A DNA stretch of 32,000 bases from an archaeon (GTDB taxonomy: Archaea > Iainarchaeota > Iainarchaeia > Iainarchaeales > 1-14-0-10-31-34). Positions 16,099-25,239 of the stretch are shown in pieces. The first letter of the stretch is position 1, and the number at the start of each line of letters is the position of its first letter. The notes under the pieces are model-generated. The model was given only the letters and a program-made list of their open reading frames with translations, was not told the DNA's origin and did not search any database. Both the position numbers and the translations under genes were made by a program. The DNA is taken from positions 180,001 through 212,000 of the forward strand of contig JAJRVL010000004.1 of assembly GCA_024277355.1 (NCBI GenBank), given 5' to 3'.

Positions 16099-17592
16099 TT
16101 ATGCTCCACATCCTGCTGAAGGTGCAGAAGTATTACTGCTTGTTCCAGTTAAAGTTTTTTCACATCCAGCCAAATCATTATAAGAACAAAAAACTTTTTT
16201 TATTGCTTCAGCTGAACCTGCTCTGAATAAAGTTTGTCCATTAATAATAAAAGTTGGAGAACTTCCTATTCCTAAAAGATTTCCTTCTTTTATGTTATTA
16301 CTGAATAATGTTTTTCCTTCTTCTCCAGTTGAACATGATTCAATTACATCAACTTCAATTTCTGATTTGATTGCACATGCTTTCCAGTTGCCTTCAACAT
16401 TTTTAATGTCTTTATTTACACAAGAAGTATAATCTAATAATTTTTCTCGGTTATATTTGATTATGCATGCTTGTCTGATGTCTTCATTTATTTCTACTTG
16501 ACCATGTAATGACTCAAATTTCCCGTCTTTTTCATTTGCAATGAAATACAAATTAAAAGTTAATTCAGGAATTGCTTCTGCTACTTCTTTCAGATTGTTT
16601 TCAGCTAAAGTTCCATAAGGACACTGACTCATAACAAACAAATCAACATGATTTGGTTTTTCTGTTCGGTTAAAGAATTTTGTGCCGGTGTAAGCTAAAG
16701 CAAATAATCCTTCTTTTTCTTCAGTGTATAATTTAAATTTACTCCAATTGTAATGATTTTTTATTGTTTCATCAAAATAAAAGAATGGAACTGTTTCTGC
16801 CTGGAATTGATTTAAAACTTTTTTTCCTTGTTCTGAAGTAAAATCAATTTCAGTTACTTTCAATTTAGGAAAAAATCCTTTTAACTGAGAAACAATTGCA
16901 CTTGCATTGCATTCATTGCATTCCAAGTCATTTACAACAAATAAGCTTACTTCTGTTTCTTCTGGAAGAGAATTACATGGTTCTGCGTCAATATAAGAAC
17001 AAATTGCTCTTGTAATATCTTCTGCACTTCTTCCTCCTAAATATGGTTCATTATTGATATAATATGAAGGAGAACTTCCTATTGCTAATTCTTTTGTTCT
17101 GTTAATGCTTTCCTTAAATAATGTTTTGCCTTTTTCTCCTGTTGAACAGGATTCAATTTCTTCTGTGTTAAATCCAGTTTGTTCTGAACAAGTTTTCCAG
17201 TTTGATTCAACATTCTTAATGTCTTTATTTACACAAGATAAATAATCAAAAAATTTTTCTCTTGAATAATCTTTTTGAATACAAGCCTGTCTTATTCCTT
17301 CATCTATTTCCACTTGACCGTGTAATGAACTAAATCCATTTGAAGTTTCACTTGCAATAAACTGAATTTTAAAATCAACTTTGTCTCCAAAAGCTTTAAT
17401 TGCAGGAATAATTAATTCTTCTGCCTGAGTTCCATAAGGACACTGACTCATAACAAATAATTCCACTGGCAATCCTTTTTCTTCAGTTTTTGTGTTATTG
17501 TTATTATTGTTATTTTGATTATTAGGTGGATTTGCTAAAGTGCAACCTAAAGCAAATAAAGCAATTAATAAAAGTAAAAAAATTTTTTTCAT
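16099..17592 (-). CDS. Lipoprotein with two tandem thioredoxin-fold (DsbA/GILT-like) modules carrying C-P-Y-G
   Basis: 497 aa with lipobox FALGC and a poly-Asn linker NNQNNNNNNN. The two modules (about aa 41-215 and 316-480) share LFVMSQCPYGT, SLHGQVEI(D/N)E.IRQACI, CVNKDIKNVE.NWK.C, ESCSTGE.GKTLF and IGSSP(S/T). Confidence 0.6.
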   Translation of the reverse strand: MKKIFLLLLIALFALGCTLANPPNNQNNNNNNNTKTEEKGLPVELFVMSQCPYGTQAEELIIPAIKAFGDKVDFKIQFIASETSNGFSSLHGQVEIDEGIRQACIQKDYSREKFFDYLSCVNKDIKNVESNWKTCSEQTGFNTEEIESCSTGEKGKTLFKESINRTKELAIGSSPSYYINNEPYLGGRSAEDITRAICSYIDAEPCNSLPEETEVSLFVVNDLECNECNASAIVSQLKGFFPKLKVTEIDFTSEQGKKVLNQFQAETVPFFYFDETIKNHYNWSKFKLYTEEKEGLFALAYTGTKFFNRTEKPNHVDLFVMSQCPYGTLAENNLKEVAEAIPELTFNLYFIANEKDGKFESLHGQVEINEDIRQACIIKYNREKLLDYTSCVNKDIKNVEGNWKACAIKSEIEVDVIESCSTGEEGKTLFSNNIKEGNLLGIGSSPTFIINGQTLFRAGSAEAIKKVFCSYNDLAGCEKTLTGTSSNTSAPSAGCGA

Positions 17593-17668
17593 TCAATTCC
17601 CCCTTTAAAAGACAAAGTCTTTCAAATAATGGTTTCAATAAGTATTTAAAAGATTTCATTTGATTAGC

Positions 17669-18100
17669 TTAAACTTTTGATTTAATTTGAGCTAAAGTTT
17701 CTTTTATTTCATCTAAATCTTTTTGTACGTTTTCAATTTCTCTTTCTGCTTTTCTGTTAATCATATAATCTCTTTCAAATTTAATTCTGTCTCTTTGAAC
17801 TTGTCTGTTCTGGCTCATTAAAATTACAGGAGCCTGAATTGCAGCCAGCAAACTTAAACCTAAATTTAATAAAATAAATGGATAAGGATCCCATATTTCA
17901 AAAAACAAGCCGTATAAATTCAGGCAAATCCATACAACAACAACTAACCCAAAAATTAAAATAAAAGTCCAGCTTCCACCGAATTCAGTTATTTTATCTG
18001 CAGCTTTTTCTCCTAAAGAAGGTTTTTTTGGATAATAATGCGAATGAGTATTAAAATTCATTACAGGACTCTTAGAAGTCTTTTGATTGTTTTTTTCCAT
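17669..18100 (-). CDS. DUF1003 family membrane protein
   Basis: 143 aa. DPYPFILLNLGLSLLAAIQAPVILMSQNRQVQRDR is the DUF1003 signature. There are two TM segments and a C-terminal coiled coil. Confidence 0.7.
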   Translation of the reverse strand: MEKNNQKTSKSPVMNFNTHSHYYPKKPSLGEKAADKITEFGGSWTFILIFGLVVVVWICLNLYGLFFEIWDPYPFILLNLGLSLLAAIQAPVILMSQNRQVQRDRIKFERDYMINRKAEREIENVQKDLDEIKETLAQIKSKV

Positions 18101-18136
18101 TTAAAATCAGAAAAACAAGGAAGAGGTTATTAATAA

Positions 18137-20530
18137 TTATTTCTGTTCAGTTTCAGCAAGTTTTAATTCAAATTTTCCTTCTTTAATTTGAGCATTACAC
18201 ACTGCTTTTAAGTCATCTAAAGCAGTTCCAATTGAATTAGTGGTTTCTTTTTCAAGTGAAAGAATTATTTCTGCTTTAAGTGAAACATGTTTTTCTGCTT
18301 TAAATTTTCTTACTTTAGAAATAACTTCAATTGCTTTTTGTCCTGCATCAAAAGCTTTTTTGTTTTCAAGTTCTTTTTGGAATTCAGGAAAAGCAGAAAC
18401 ATGAATGCTTTTTTGTTTTTCTTTTTTTGCAAAATATAACTGATAAATTTCTTCTGTAATAAAAGGCATTATTGGAGCAAAACCTTTTAAGATTCCCAAT
18501 AAAATTGTTTCTAAAGTAAATTGAGCTGAAGTTTTAGATTGTTTTCCTCTTTTTTCTTCATTATAAATTCTGTCTTTAATTATTTCAAGATAATTGTCTG
18601 TAAAGTCATTCCAAAAAAATAATTCTAATTCAGATTTTGCTTTGCCGTATTCATATGCATCAAAATGTTTTGTCATATTTTGTATTGTTTCATTAAATTT
18701 ATGCAAAATCCATAAATCCATTAACTCTAATTCTTTTGGTTTTTTTCCATTAAAATCTTCTAAATTCATTATTGAAAATTTTGATGCATTCCATAATTTA
18801 GTAATTAATTTTTGTCCTGTCTGAACATCTTTTTCCTGAAATGGAGCATCATAACCTAAATTAATTGTTGAAGCCCAATACCTTAAAGCATCAGCTGAAT
18901 ATCTTTGAATTATTTGTTCTGGAGTAATTACATTTCCTTTAGATTTAGACATTTTTTTTCCTTTTGAATCCAAGCCCCATCCTGAAATCATTATGTCTTT
19001 CCATGGAACTTTTTTTGTATGCAGTAAAGATTTAACTATTGTATTAAACGCCCAAAAAGTAATTATGTCATGCCCCTGAGGACGCAAAGACATTGGAAAA
19101 ATTTCTTTATTAAAATCTGTTTTTCCTTTCCAGTCAGCATTAATTAATGGAGTCAAAGAACTTGTAGCCCAGGTATCCATAATGTCTTTTTCAGGAATAA
19201 AATCAGTTGAACCGCATTTGCATGATTTTTTTGGTTTGTCTTTTAATGGGTCAACCGGAAGACTTTTTTTGTCTGCTAAAATTGTTTCATTGCATTTGTT
19301 ACAATACCATACAGGAAAAGGAATTCCATAAAATCTTTGCCTTGAAATACACCAGTCCCATTGCAGTCCTTTAATCCAGTTGTCAAATCTGTGTTTCATA
19401 AATTCAGGAAACCAGTTTAATGTTTTTCCTGCTTTTAAAAATTCATCTTTTAAATCCAGGTATTTGATAAACCATTGTTTTGTAACCAAAAATTCAATCG
19501 GCGTCTGGCATCTTTCATGAACATTAACTGCATGTTTTATTGGTCTTTGTTCTTTTAATAAATTTTTTGTTTTTAATTCTTCTAAAATTGATTTTCTTGC
19601 TTCCTTTAATTTTAATCCTTCAAATTTTCCTGCTTTTTCATTTAGTTTTCCATATTTATTAATTATAATTCTTAAAGGTAAATTAAATGCTTTCCACCAT
19701 TCCATGTCCACTTGATCTCCAAAAGTACAATTCATTACTATTCCTGAACCTTTATTTGGATCAACTCTTTTATCGCCAAAAACCTGAACAGAGTAATCCA
19801 TTAAAGGAACTTTAATTTTTTTTCCAATCAAATAATTATTTTTTTTGTCTTCTGGGTTAACTATTACTGCAACACAAGCAGGAATTAATTCAGGGCGTGT
19901 TGTTGAAATCACAATTTTTTTGCCGTCTTCTGTTTCAAATAAAACATCATTAAAAGTTGAATCAAATTCTTTGTCTTCTAATTCAACCTGCGAAATAGCT
20001 GTTTGACAGTCAGGACACCAGATTGTTGGAGCTTCTTTTCTGTATTCTCTTCCTTGTTCAAATAATTCAATAAATGAAAGCTGAGAAATTTTTCTTACTT
20101 TAGGGCTGATTGTACTGTAAAATAAATTCCAGTCACAGCTTATTCCTAAAGATTTCCAGACTTTTTTGTATTCTTCTTCTGCTCTAAGTGTTTCTTCTAA
20201 ACAAATTTTAATGAATTCATTTCTGTCCATTTTTGAAGCTTTAATTTTACGTTTTTTTTCAACAAATTTTTCTGTCGGCAAACCATTATCATCAAAGCCA
20301 AAAGGATAAAAAACAGAAAAACCTTTCATTCTTTTATATCTTGCAATGAATTCTGCCTGAGAATAACTAAATGCATGCCCTATATGGATTGTGCCTGAAA
20401 TAGTCGGAGGAGGAGTGTCAATTGAATAAATTTTTTTTCCTGGAGAAAACTTAAATAATTTTTCTTTTTCCCAGTAATCACTCCATTTTTTTTCTGATTC
20501 TGATGCATTATACTTTTTTGATAGTTCCAT
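18137..20530 (-). CDS. valS: Valyl-tRNA synthetase (archaeal/actinobacterial type)
   Basis: 797 aa with IDTPPPTISGTIHIGHAFS (HIGH), FGFDDNGLPTE and KMSKSKGN (KMSKS). Size and N-terminal pattern fit ValRS rather than IleRS or LeuRS. Confidence 0.85.
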   Translation of the reverse strand: MELSKKYNASESEKKWSDYWEKEKLFKFSPGKKIYSIDTPPPTISGTIHIGHAFSYSQAEFIARYKRMKGFSVFYPFGFDDNGLPTEKFVEKKRKIKASKMDRNEFIKICLEETLRAEEEYKKVWKSLGISCDWNLFYSTISPKVRKISQLSFIELFEQGREYRKEAPTIWCPDCQTAISQVELEDKEFDSTFNDVLFETEDGKKIVISTTRPELIPACVAVIVNPEDKKNNYLIGKKIKVPLMDYSVQVFGDKRVDPNKGSGIVMNCTFGDQVDMEWWKAFNLPLRIIINKYGKLNEKAGKFEGLKLKEARKSILEELKTKNLLKEQRPIKHAVNVHERCQTPIEFLVTKQWFIKYLDLKDEFLKAGKTLNWFPEFMKHRFDNWIKGLQWDWCISRQRFYGIPFPVWYCNKCNETILADKKSLPVDPLKDKPKKSCKCGSTDFIPEKDIMDTWATSSLTPLINADWKGKTDFNKEIFPMSLRPQGHDIITFWAFNTIVKSLLHTKKVPWKDIMISGWGLDSKGKKMSKSKGNVITPEQIIQRYSADALRYWASTINLGYDAPFQEKDVQTGQKLITKLWNASKFSIMNLEDFNGKKPKELELMDLWILHKFNETIQNMTKHFDAYEYGKAKSELELFFWNDFTDNYLEIIKDRIYNEEKRGKQSKTSAQFTLETILLGILKGFAPIMPFITEEIYQLYFAKKEKQKSIHVSAFPEFQKELENKKAFDAGQKAIEVISKVRKFKAEKHVSLKAEIILSLEKETTNSIGTALDDLKAVCNAQIKEGKFELKLAETEQK

Positions 20531-20584
20531 TCTAAATCTAAATAAAAAAAGGATTAATAATCTATTCCAACAAATATTAATTAT

Positions 20585-21352
20585 ATGGCTGAATTAAAGA
20601 AAAAGCAGGGAAAAATTTTTCTGGAATTAACTGAAAAAGAACAAAAAGAATTAGACATTAAAGGAAACCTTGAATTAAATAAAATAAAAAAAGGATTATT
20701 TGTTTTAACTGAAACAGAAACTTTTTCAGAAAAAAATTCATCAAAAACTAAAACTGATTTATTTGATGAAGAAACACAGGAATTAGATGAAAAAATTTTT
20801 GAATTGCTTTCATTAAAAGGAAAAGAAAATTTATCTAAAAAAGTTGAAGGAGAATTTGAAAAACAATTAACTGAAAAAGAAAAACAAAGATTTGAAGAAC
20901 TGCTTAAACAGGGATTAATTGAAAAATTTAAATTAAATGAATCATATAAAAAAGCAATTTACAGAATTAAATTAAAAAAAGGATTAACTGACAAAAAAGA
21001 ATTTAATGTTAATTCTCCGGCAAAAACAATTGAATCAAACGGCTTTGAAGTAATGGTAAATGAAAATCAAGCAAAAAGTTTCTGTCACGAATTTTCAGCA
21101 GAAATAAAAGAAAACAAAATTAAAGGAATAAAAGGATTTGACGGTTATTTTTATGCAATTCATTCAAATTTATTTGAAAAAACAAAACCAGAAGTATTAA
21201 CTAAAATCAGAGAAACAAAAAATATTTCTTTGAATGACTTAACTGAAAAAATTTCTCTGCCAAAAGAACTAATTAAAGGCACAATTGAATTCTTAAAAGA
21301 AGAAGGCGATTTAATTGAAAAAAGAAACGGATTATACCAGTTAATTGAATAA
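20585..21352 (+). CDS. Hypothetical protein with probable C-terminal winged-helix domain
   Basis: 255-aa ORF. The C-terminus is ISLNDLTEKISLPKELIKGTIEFLKEEGDLIEKRNGLYQLIE. The rest is K/E-rich. Confidence 0.5.
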   Translation: MAELKKKQGKIFLELTEKEQKELDIKGNLELNKIKKGLFVLTETETFSEKNSSKTKTDLFDEETQELDEKIFELLSLKGKENLSKKVEGEFEKQLTEKEKQRFEELLKQGLIEKFKLNESYKKAIYRIKLKKGLTDKKEFNVNSPAKTIESNGFEVMVNENQAKSFCHEFSAEIKENKIKGIKGFDGYFYAIHSNLFEKTKPEVLTKIRETKNISLNDLTEKISLPKELIKGTIEFLKEEGDLIEKRNGLYQLIE

Positions 21353-21399
21353 AGCCCAAAAACAAAAACTATTTAAGCAAAAAACACCTATTTTCCTAT

Positions 21400-22062
21400 A
21401 TGAAAGTGTTAATTCCATTAATTTCAAGGCATGAATCAAACCCTGAATTTATAGATAAAGCAGTTAAAGGAACAGAAGAAGTATTACTGTTAATTGTAAT
21501 AGACAAAGATGATTCATTAAAAGCTTCAGATATTTCAAGTTCAACTCATTTTTTAGAAGAAGTAAAAAAATTAATAGGAAAAAAAAGAAAAAAATGTGAA
21601 GACTTAACTGAATGGGGAGAAACAAAAGCAAAAATAAAAAACACAGCAATAATTAATAAAGTAGACAAAATTGTGTTGTTAAAACAGGAAAACCAGTTTT
21701 TTGAAGATTTAATTGAAGAACTAAAAAAAGAAAAAGAACTCAAAAACAAAATTGAATTAATTGAAATTGATTTTGAAAAACAAGAACAAGAACAAAAAGA
21801 ATTTGAAGACAGCTTAAATGAAATAGAAGAAAAAACAAGTGAAAACAAAACAGAAAATGCAGAAGAAGAAAAAGAAAACATACAAGAAGAAAAAATAAAA
21901 GAAAACAAAACAAAAGGCGAAAATAAAATAAAAAATAAAACAATTAATTCAACAGAAAAAGTCGTTAAAAATGCAATGAAAGACACTAAAGTAATTGCAG
22001 ATAAACTAATCAAACAAGGCTTTAAATCAATTGACTCAATAAAAAAAATTAAATGGAAATAA
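21400..22062 (+). CDS. Hypothetical protein: USP-like N-terminal domain plus K/E/N-rich low-complexity tail
   Basis: 220 aa. MKVLIPLISRHES...EEVLLLIVID...VDKIVLL resembles an adenine-nucleotide alpha-hydrolase / universal stress protein fold. The last ~100 aa are an acidic/basic low-complexity region. Confidence 0.4.
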   Translation: MKVLIPLISRHESNPEFIDKAVKGTEEVLLLIVIDKDDSLKASDISSSTHFLEEVKKLIGKKRKKCEDLTEWGETKAKIKNTAIINKVDKIVLLKQENQFFEDLIEELKKEKELKNKIELIEIDFEKQEQEQKEFEDSLNEIEEKTSENKTENAEEEKENIQEEKIKENKTKGENKIKNKTINSTEKVVKNAMKDTKVIADKLIKQGFKSIDSIKKIKWK

Positions 22063-23151
22063 TCACTTAATAAATTTCCATTGCTTTTTGGTTTTTCTTG
22101 CTTTATCTAATTTTTTCTGGAAGTCTTTCTGGAAAGAAATCATTAATTCCATTGCATTATCTTTATCCTGTCCGCATAAAAGATTTCCTTTTTTACAGTC
22201 ATCAAAAATTTTCTGAAGTAATTTGTCATCTTCAATTAAATGCTGTTTATACATTTCAAAAACCATGCATTTTTCAGGGAACCCGCCTAACTTTTTTTGT
22301 TCTTCAACTGTATTTCTTCCTCCAGTTAAAGCTTTCTTTATTTTTTTTCCTGCGTCATTTGGATTTTCAGGAATTGAAATAAAAGAATTAGGATTAGACT
22401 TAGACATTTTATGGTTTCCATCTAAAGAAGGAACAAATTTATGGTAAGTAGCTGAAGGCAGAAAGAAATTAAAATCTCTTTTAGTTCTTCTTACAATATC
22501 TCTTGCAAGTCTTATGTGAGGACTTTGGTCTATCCCGACAGGAATTACTCCAGGCATTTTTTCTATTGTCTGCGGAAACAAAATGTCTCCTGCCTGAGCT
22601 AAAGCTGAAAGAATTCTTGAAGGATGAACATTGCCGTAAATGCTTCTGAATTCATTCATTGTAATTTTTTGAGAAAACAAATAAGCTAAATTTTTTACTT
22701 CAGTGTTTTCTGACTGAAAATAAAAAACTGTTTTTTTTGGATTTAAACCTAAAGCAATATACGCAGGAATATAAAAATTTAAAGCTCTTTCTCTTGCTTC
22801 TTTCAAAGACAAACCTCTTGTTGCTGCTGCTTCTAAATCAGCAACCAACACAAAAGTTTTTGCATTTTGTTTCTGAAAATATTTAACCATTTCAATTACA
22901 GATTTAGTGCCAAAATGAATTCTTTCAGATGAAGGCATTATTCCAGTTAAACAATAAAACGGTTTTTTGTTTTGCATTGCGTCAGTTAATTCCTTTAAGC
23001 CCTGCCCTGCAAAAGTTATTCCTCTTTTCATTAAATAATTTGGTTCAGGAAATTTATCCAGAAAAGATTCCATTGACTCTAAACCAAAATCTTTTATTAA
23101 ACGAGAATAATCTTCAATTAATTCTGTTCCCCATGGATCAATCTTAGGCAT
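22063..23151 (-). CDS. trpS: Tryptophanyl-tRNA synthetase (archaeal/eukaryotic type)
   Basis: 362 aa with N-terminal DPWG...DYSRLIKDFG, GIDQSPHIRLARD and KMSKSNPNS. TyrRS is not fully excluded without a search. Confidence 0.75.
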   Translation of the reverse strand: MPKIDPWGTELIEDYSRLIKDFGLESMESFLDKFPEPNYLMKRGITFAGQGLKELTDAMQNKKPFYCLTGIMPSSERIHFGTKSVIEMVKYFQKQNAKTFVLVADLEAAATRGLSLKEARERALNFYIPAYIALGLNPKKTVFYFQSENTEVKNLAYLFSQKITMNEFRSIYGNVHPSRILSALAQAGDILFPQTIEKMPGVIPVGIDQSPHIRLARDIVRRTKRDFNFFLPSATYHKFVPSLDGNHKMSKSNPNSFISIPENPNDAGKKIKKALTGGRNTVEEQKKLGGFPEKCMVFEMYKQHLIEDDKLLQKIFDDCKKGNLLCGQDKDNAMELMISFQKDFQKKLDKARKTKKQWKFIK

Positions 23152-23218
23152 AGTAAAACAGTAGATTAAAATAATATAATAACCTTTTCTTTTAGTAAAT
23201 TAGTATAAGTGAAAGAAA

Positions 23219-23734
23219 ATGATTTCAAATATCCTTTTAACAGATAAAATATTAATAAGAAAAAACAAAGACAAAAGTCTTTTCATCCAGAAATCTTTCG
23301 GCGAAAAAAACAAAACAGATTATGTTTTGGACTTAATTGAAGCATATTATTTACTGGAAAAAGGAAAACTTGAATTAGAAGACAAAAAAGGAAACAAAAT
23401 TGAATCAGATGAATTACTTAAAATTGGAGAAAAAAAAATTCAGGATTTCTATAAAAAATATTTAGTTTATTCTGATTTCAGAGAAAGAGGCTATGTTGTT
23501 AAAACTGGATTTAAGTTTGGATTTGATTTAAGAGTTTATCCTAAAGGAAAAAAACCCGGAGAAGAACACACTCAATGGGTTATTGCAGTCAAAGGACAGA
23601 ATGACAGAATTAATTTTATTGAATTAAGCAGAAAAGTCAGGTTAAGCGGAAACATTAAAACAAAATTATTGTTTGCAGTAGTTGACTCAGAAAATGACGT
23701 AAATTATTATGAAACCATCAGGGTAACCCCCTGA
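23219..23734 (+). CDS. endA: tRNA-splicing endonuclease, short homotetramer-type subunit
   Basis: 171 aa with EAYYLLEKGKLEL in the N-domain. The C-domain RGYVVKTGFKFGFDLRVYPKG...HTQWVIAV...KLLFAVVD has the Tyr/His/Lys layout of archaeal EndA. Confidence 0.8.
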   Translation: MISNILLTDKILIRKNKDKSLFIQKSFGEKNKTDYVLDLIEAYYLLEKGKLELEDKKGNKIESDELLKIGEKKIQDFYKKYLVYSDFRERGYVVKTGFKFGFDLRVYPKGKKPGEEHTQWVIAVKGQNDRINFIELSRKVRLSGNIKTKLLFAVVDSENDVNYYETIRVTP

Positions 23735-23763
23735 AAAAAAAATTAGAAAATTCTTGAGAAAAA

Positions 23764-23886
23764 ATGAAACCTAAAAAAGAAGGATTTCCATTAAAAAAAA
23801 AGAAGAAAAAGAAAAAAATTAAAATTCCTTTTGAAGATTTAACAAGCCTTCCTTCAGAAAACGAATATGGAAATGAATTTCATTAA
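23764..23886 (+). CDS. Possible 40-aa lysine-rich peptide (weak)
   Basis: Hand translation gives MKPKKEGFPLKKKKKKKKIKIPFEDLTSLPSENEYGNEFH. Its stop overlaps the stop of the convergent ORF 23883..24530. It could be a chance ORF in A-rich DNA. Confidence 0.2.
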   Translation: MKPKKEGFPLKKKKKKKKIKIPFEDLTSLPSENEYGNEFH

Positions 23887-24530
23887 TATAAGTCAATTAA
23901 AGGCATGAAAATAAATTTTCCGTTTTTTACTCCTAATAACAAAATATTTGAAGGCATAATATCTATTTTTTCATAAACTTGTTTTGCTGCCTGTTCAAGT
24001 TGTTTTTTAGTAAATCCGTGTTTTTTGCTTAATTTTCTGAAAAATTGCCGGCCTTTTGTTGTAGGAGAAGCTTCAATAATATGGGGTTTAAGTTTAATAT
24101 CTCCTAAAATTTCATTTAAATTAGGTTTATTTGTTTTAGCCATTGCAACTAAATTATTTCCTAAATCATAAGCAATTGGTTCACGTAAAACAAAATTCAA
24201 ATCCTTTGGTATTCCTTTTTTTTTAATTAGTTCATTATAATTTCTAACTCTAAGCTGAATTTCTCTTAACTCTGTATTTGCTCCCCTCATGTCAGCATGC
24301 ATTTTTTTTATTACTAATTTTACTCCAGGATAATTCCTTGAAATATTCATTTGCCTTATTCTTCCTCCCCAAACATAAGTATCTTTTGACGGAACTTTAA
24401 AAATATTTTTTCTGGCAAAATCATTTTGTCTTGGATCAATGTTTTTCATTCTTCCTAAAGACTTATTAATTTTAGTTGAAACTTTTTTTAATCTTGAAAC
24501 AAGTTTTTTAGGCAAAGGTTTTACAGGCAT
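23883..24530 (-). CDS. Kinase-like paralog 1 (215 aa) with basic MPVKPLPKKLVSRLKK N-terminus
   Basis: Conserved blocks: GGRIRQMNISRNYPGVKLVIKKMH, REPIAYDLGNNLVAMAKTNKPNLNEILG, IDIMPSNILLLGVKNGKFIFMPLIDLY. Confidence 0.65.
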   Translation of the reverse strand: MPVKPLPKKLVSRLKKVSTKINKSLGRMKNIDPRQNDFARKNIFKVPSKDTYVWGGRIRQMNISRNYPGVKLVIKKMHADMRGANTELREIQLRVRNYNELIKKKGIPKDLNFVLREPIAYDLGNNLVAMAKTNKPNLNEILGDIKLKPHIIEASPTTKGRQFFRKLSKKHGFTKKQLEQAAKQVYEKIDIMPSNILLLGVKNGKFIFMPLIDLY

Positions 24531-24565
24531 AATAAAATTAGTTTTTTGTTATTTAAAATACTGGT

Positions 24566-25207
24566 TTAAAACAAGTCAATTAAAGGCATAAAAACAAGTT
24601 TTCCTTTATGCATTCCAACAAATTCCATTTGATCCGGAAGAATTCTAAGTAAATTGCATGCTTTGCCTAACTCTAAATAATATTTTACTCGAGGAATTTT
24701 ATTTTTCTTTAATGTTTCAGTTAAAGCTTTTCCTCTTAAACCTTTAATTTCCTGCATCGCAACAAGATTTTCTGCAAGCAAATGAACATCAGGCATTACC
24801 ACTTCATGATTTTTTGCTGAAACAGTTTTATTGTATTCCTGAACTTTTCCTTTTATTCTTTGAATTGTTTTTAATGCAGTTGAACTGTGAATTCTTTTCA
24901 AAATTACTCTTACTCCTGGAAAATTTCTTGAAACATTTAATTCTCTGACTCTTCCGCCGACAAATCTTGAATCAATTTTTCCAGGTTTAGTAAAAAAAGC
25001 TTTTAGTCCTTCTTTTTTTAATTCTTTAATAACATTTTTTTCTAAAATACTCATTTTTTTTCTATGATCAACATTTTCAAGTCTTTCAAAAGATTTAATT
25101 AAATCTTTTTTTCCATGCCTTTCAAGTCTTTTAGCTGTAGTTAATCTTAATCTGTTAACTAGTTTTGTCGGCAAAGGCTTGAAAAAAGGATTAAGTTTTT
25201 TTGGCAT
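24566..25207 (-). CDS. Kinase-like paralog 2 (213 aa), divergent copy lacking the D-x4-N element
   Basis: Blocks: KPLPTKLVNRLRL, GGRVRELNVSRNFPGVRVILKRIH, LVAMQEIKG, RILPDQMEFVGMHKGKLVFMPLIDLF. Confidence 0.65.
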   Translation of the reverse strand: MPKKLNPFFKPLPTKLVNRLRLTTAKRLERHGKKDLIKSFERLENVDHRKKMSILEKNVIKELKKEGLKAFFTKPGKIDSRFVGGRVRELNVSRNFPGVRVILKRIHSSTALKTIQRIKGKVQEYNKTVSAKNHEVVMPDVHLLAENLVAMQEIKGLRGKALTETLKKNKIPRVKYYLELGKACNLLRILPDQMEFVGMHKGKLVFMPLIDLF

Positions 25208-25239
25208 AAATACAATTGTAGTTTTCTTTCTTTAAAATA

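Noticed and set aside
21700-22010. Repetitive GAAAA/CAAAA-rich DNA as a possible tandem repeat or CRISPR-like array
   Set aside because: It is the coding sequence of a K/E/N-rich low-complexity tail, with no regular repeat-spacer periodicity. No CRISPR array exists anywhere in the window.
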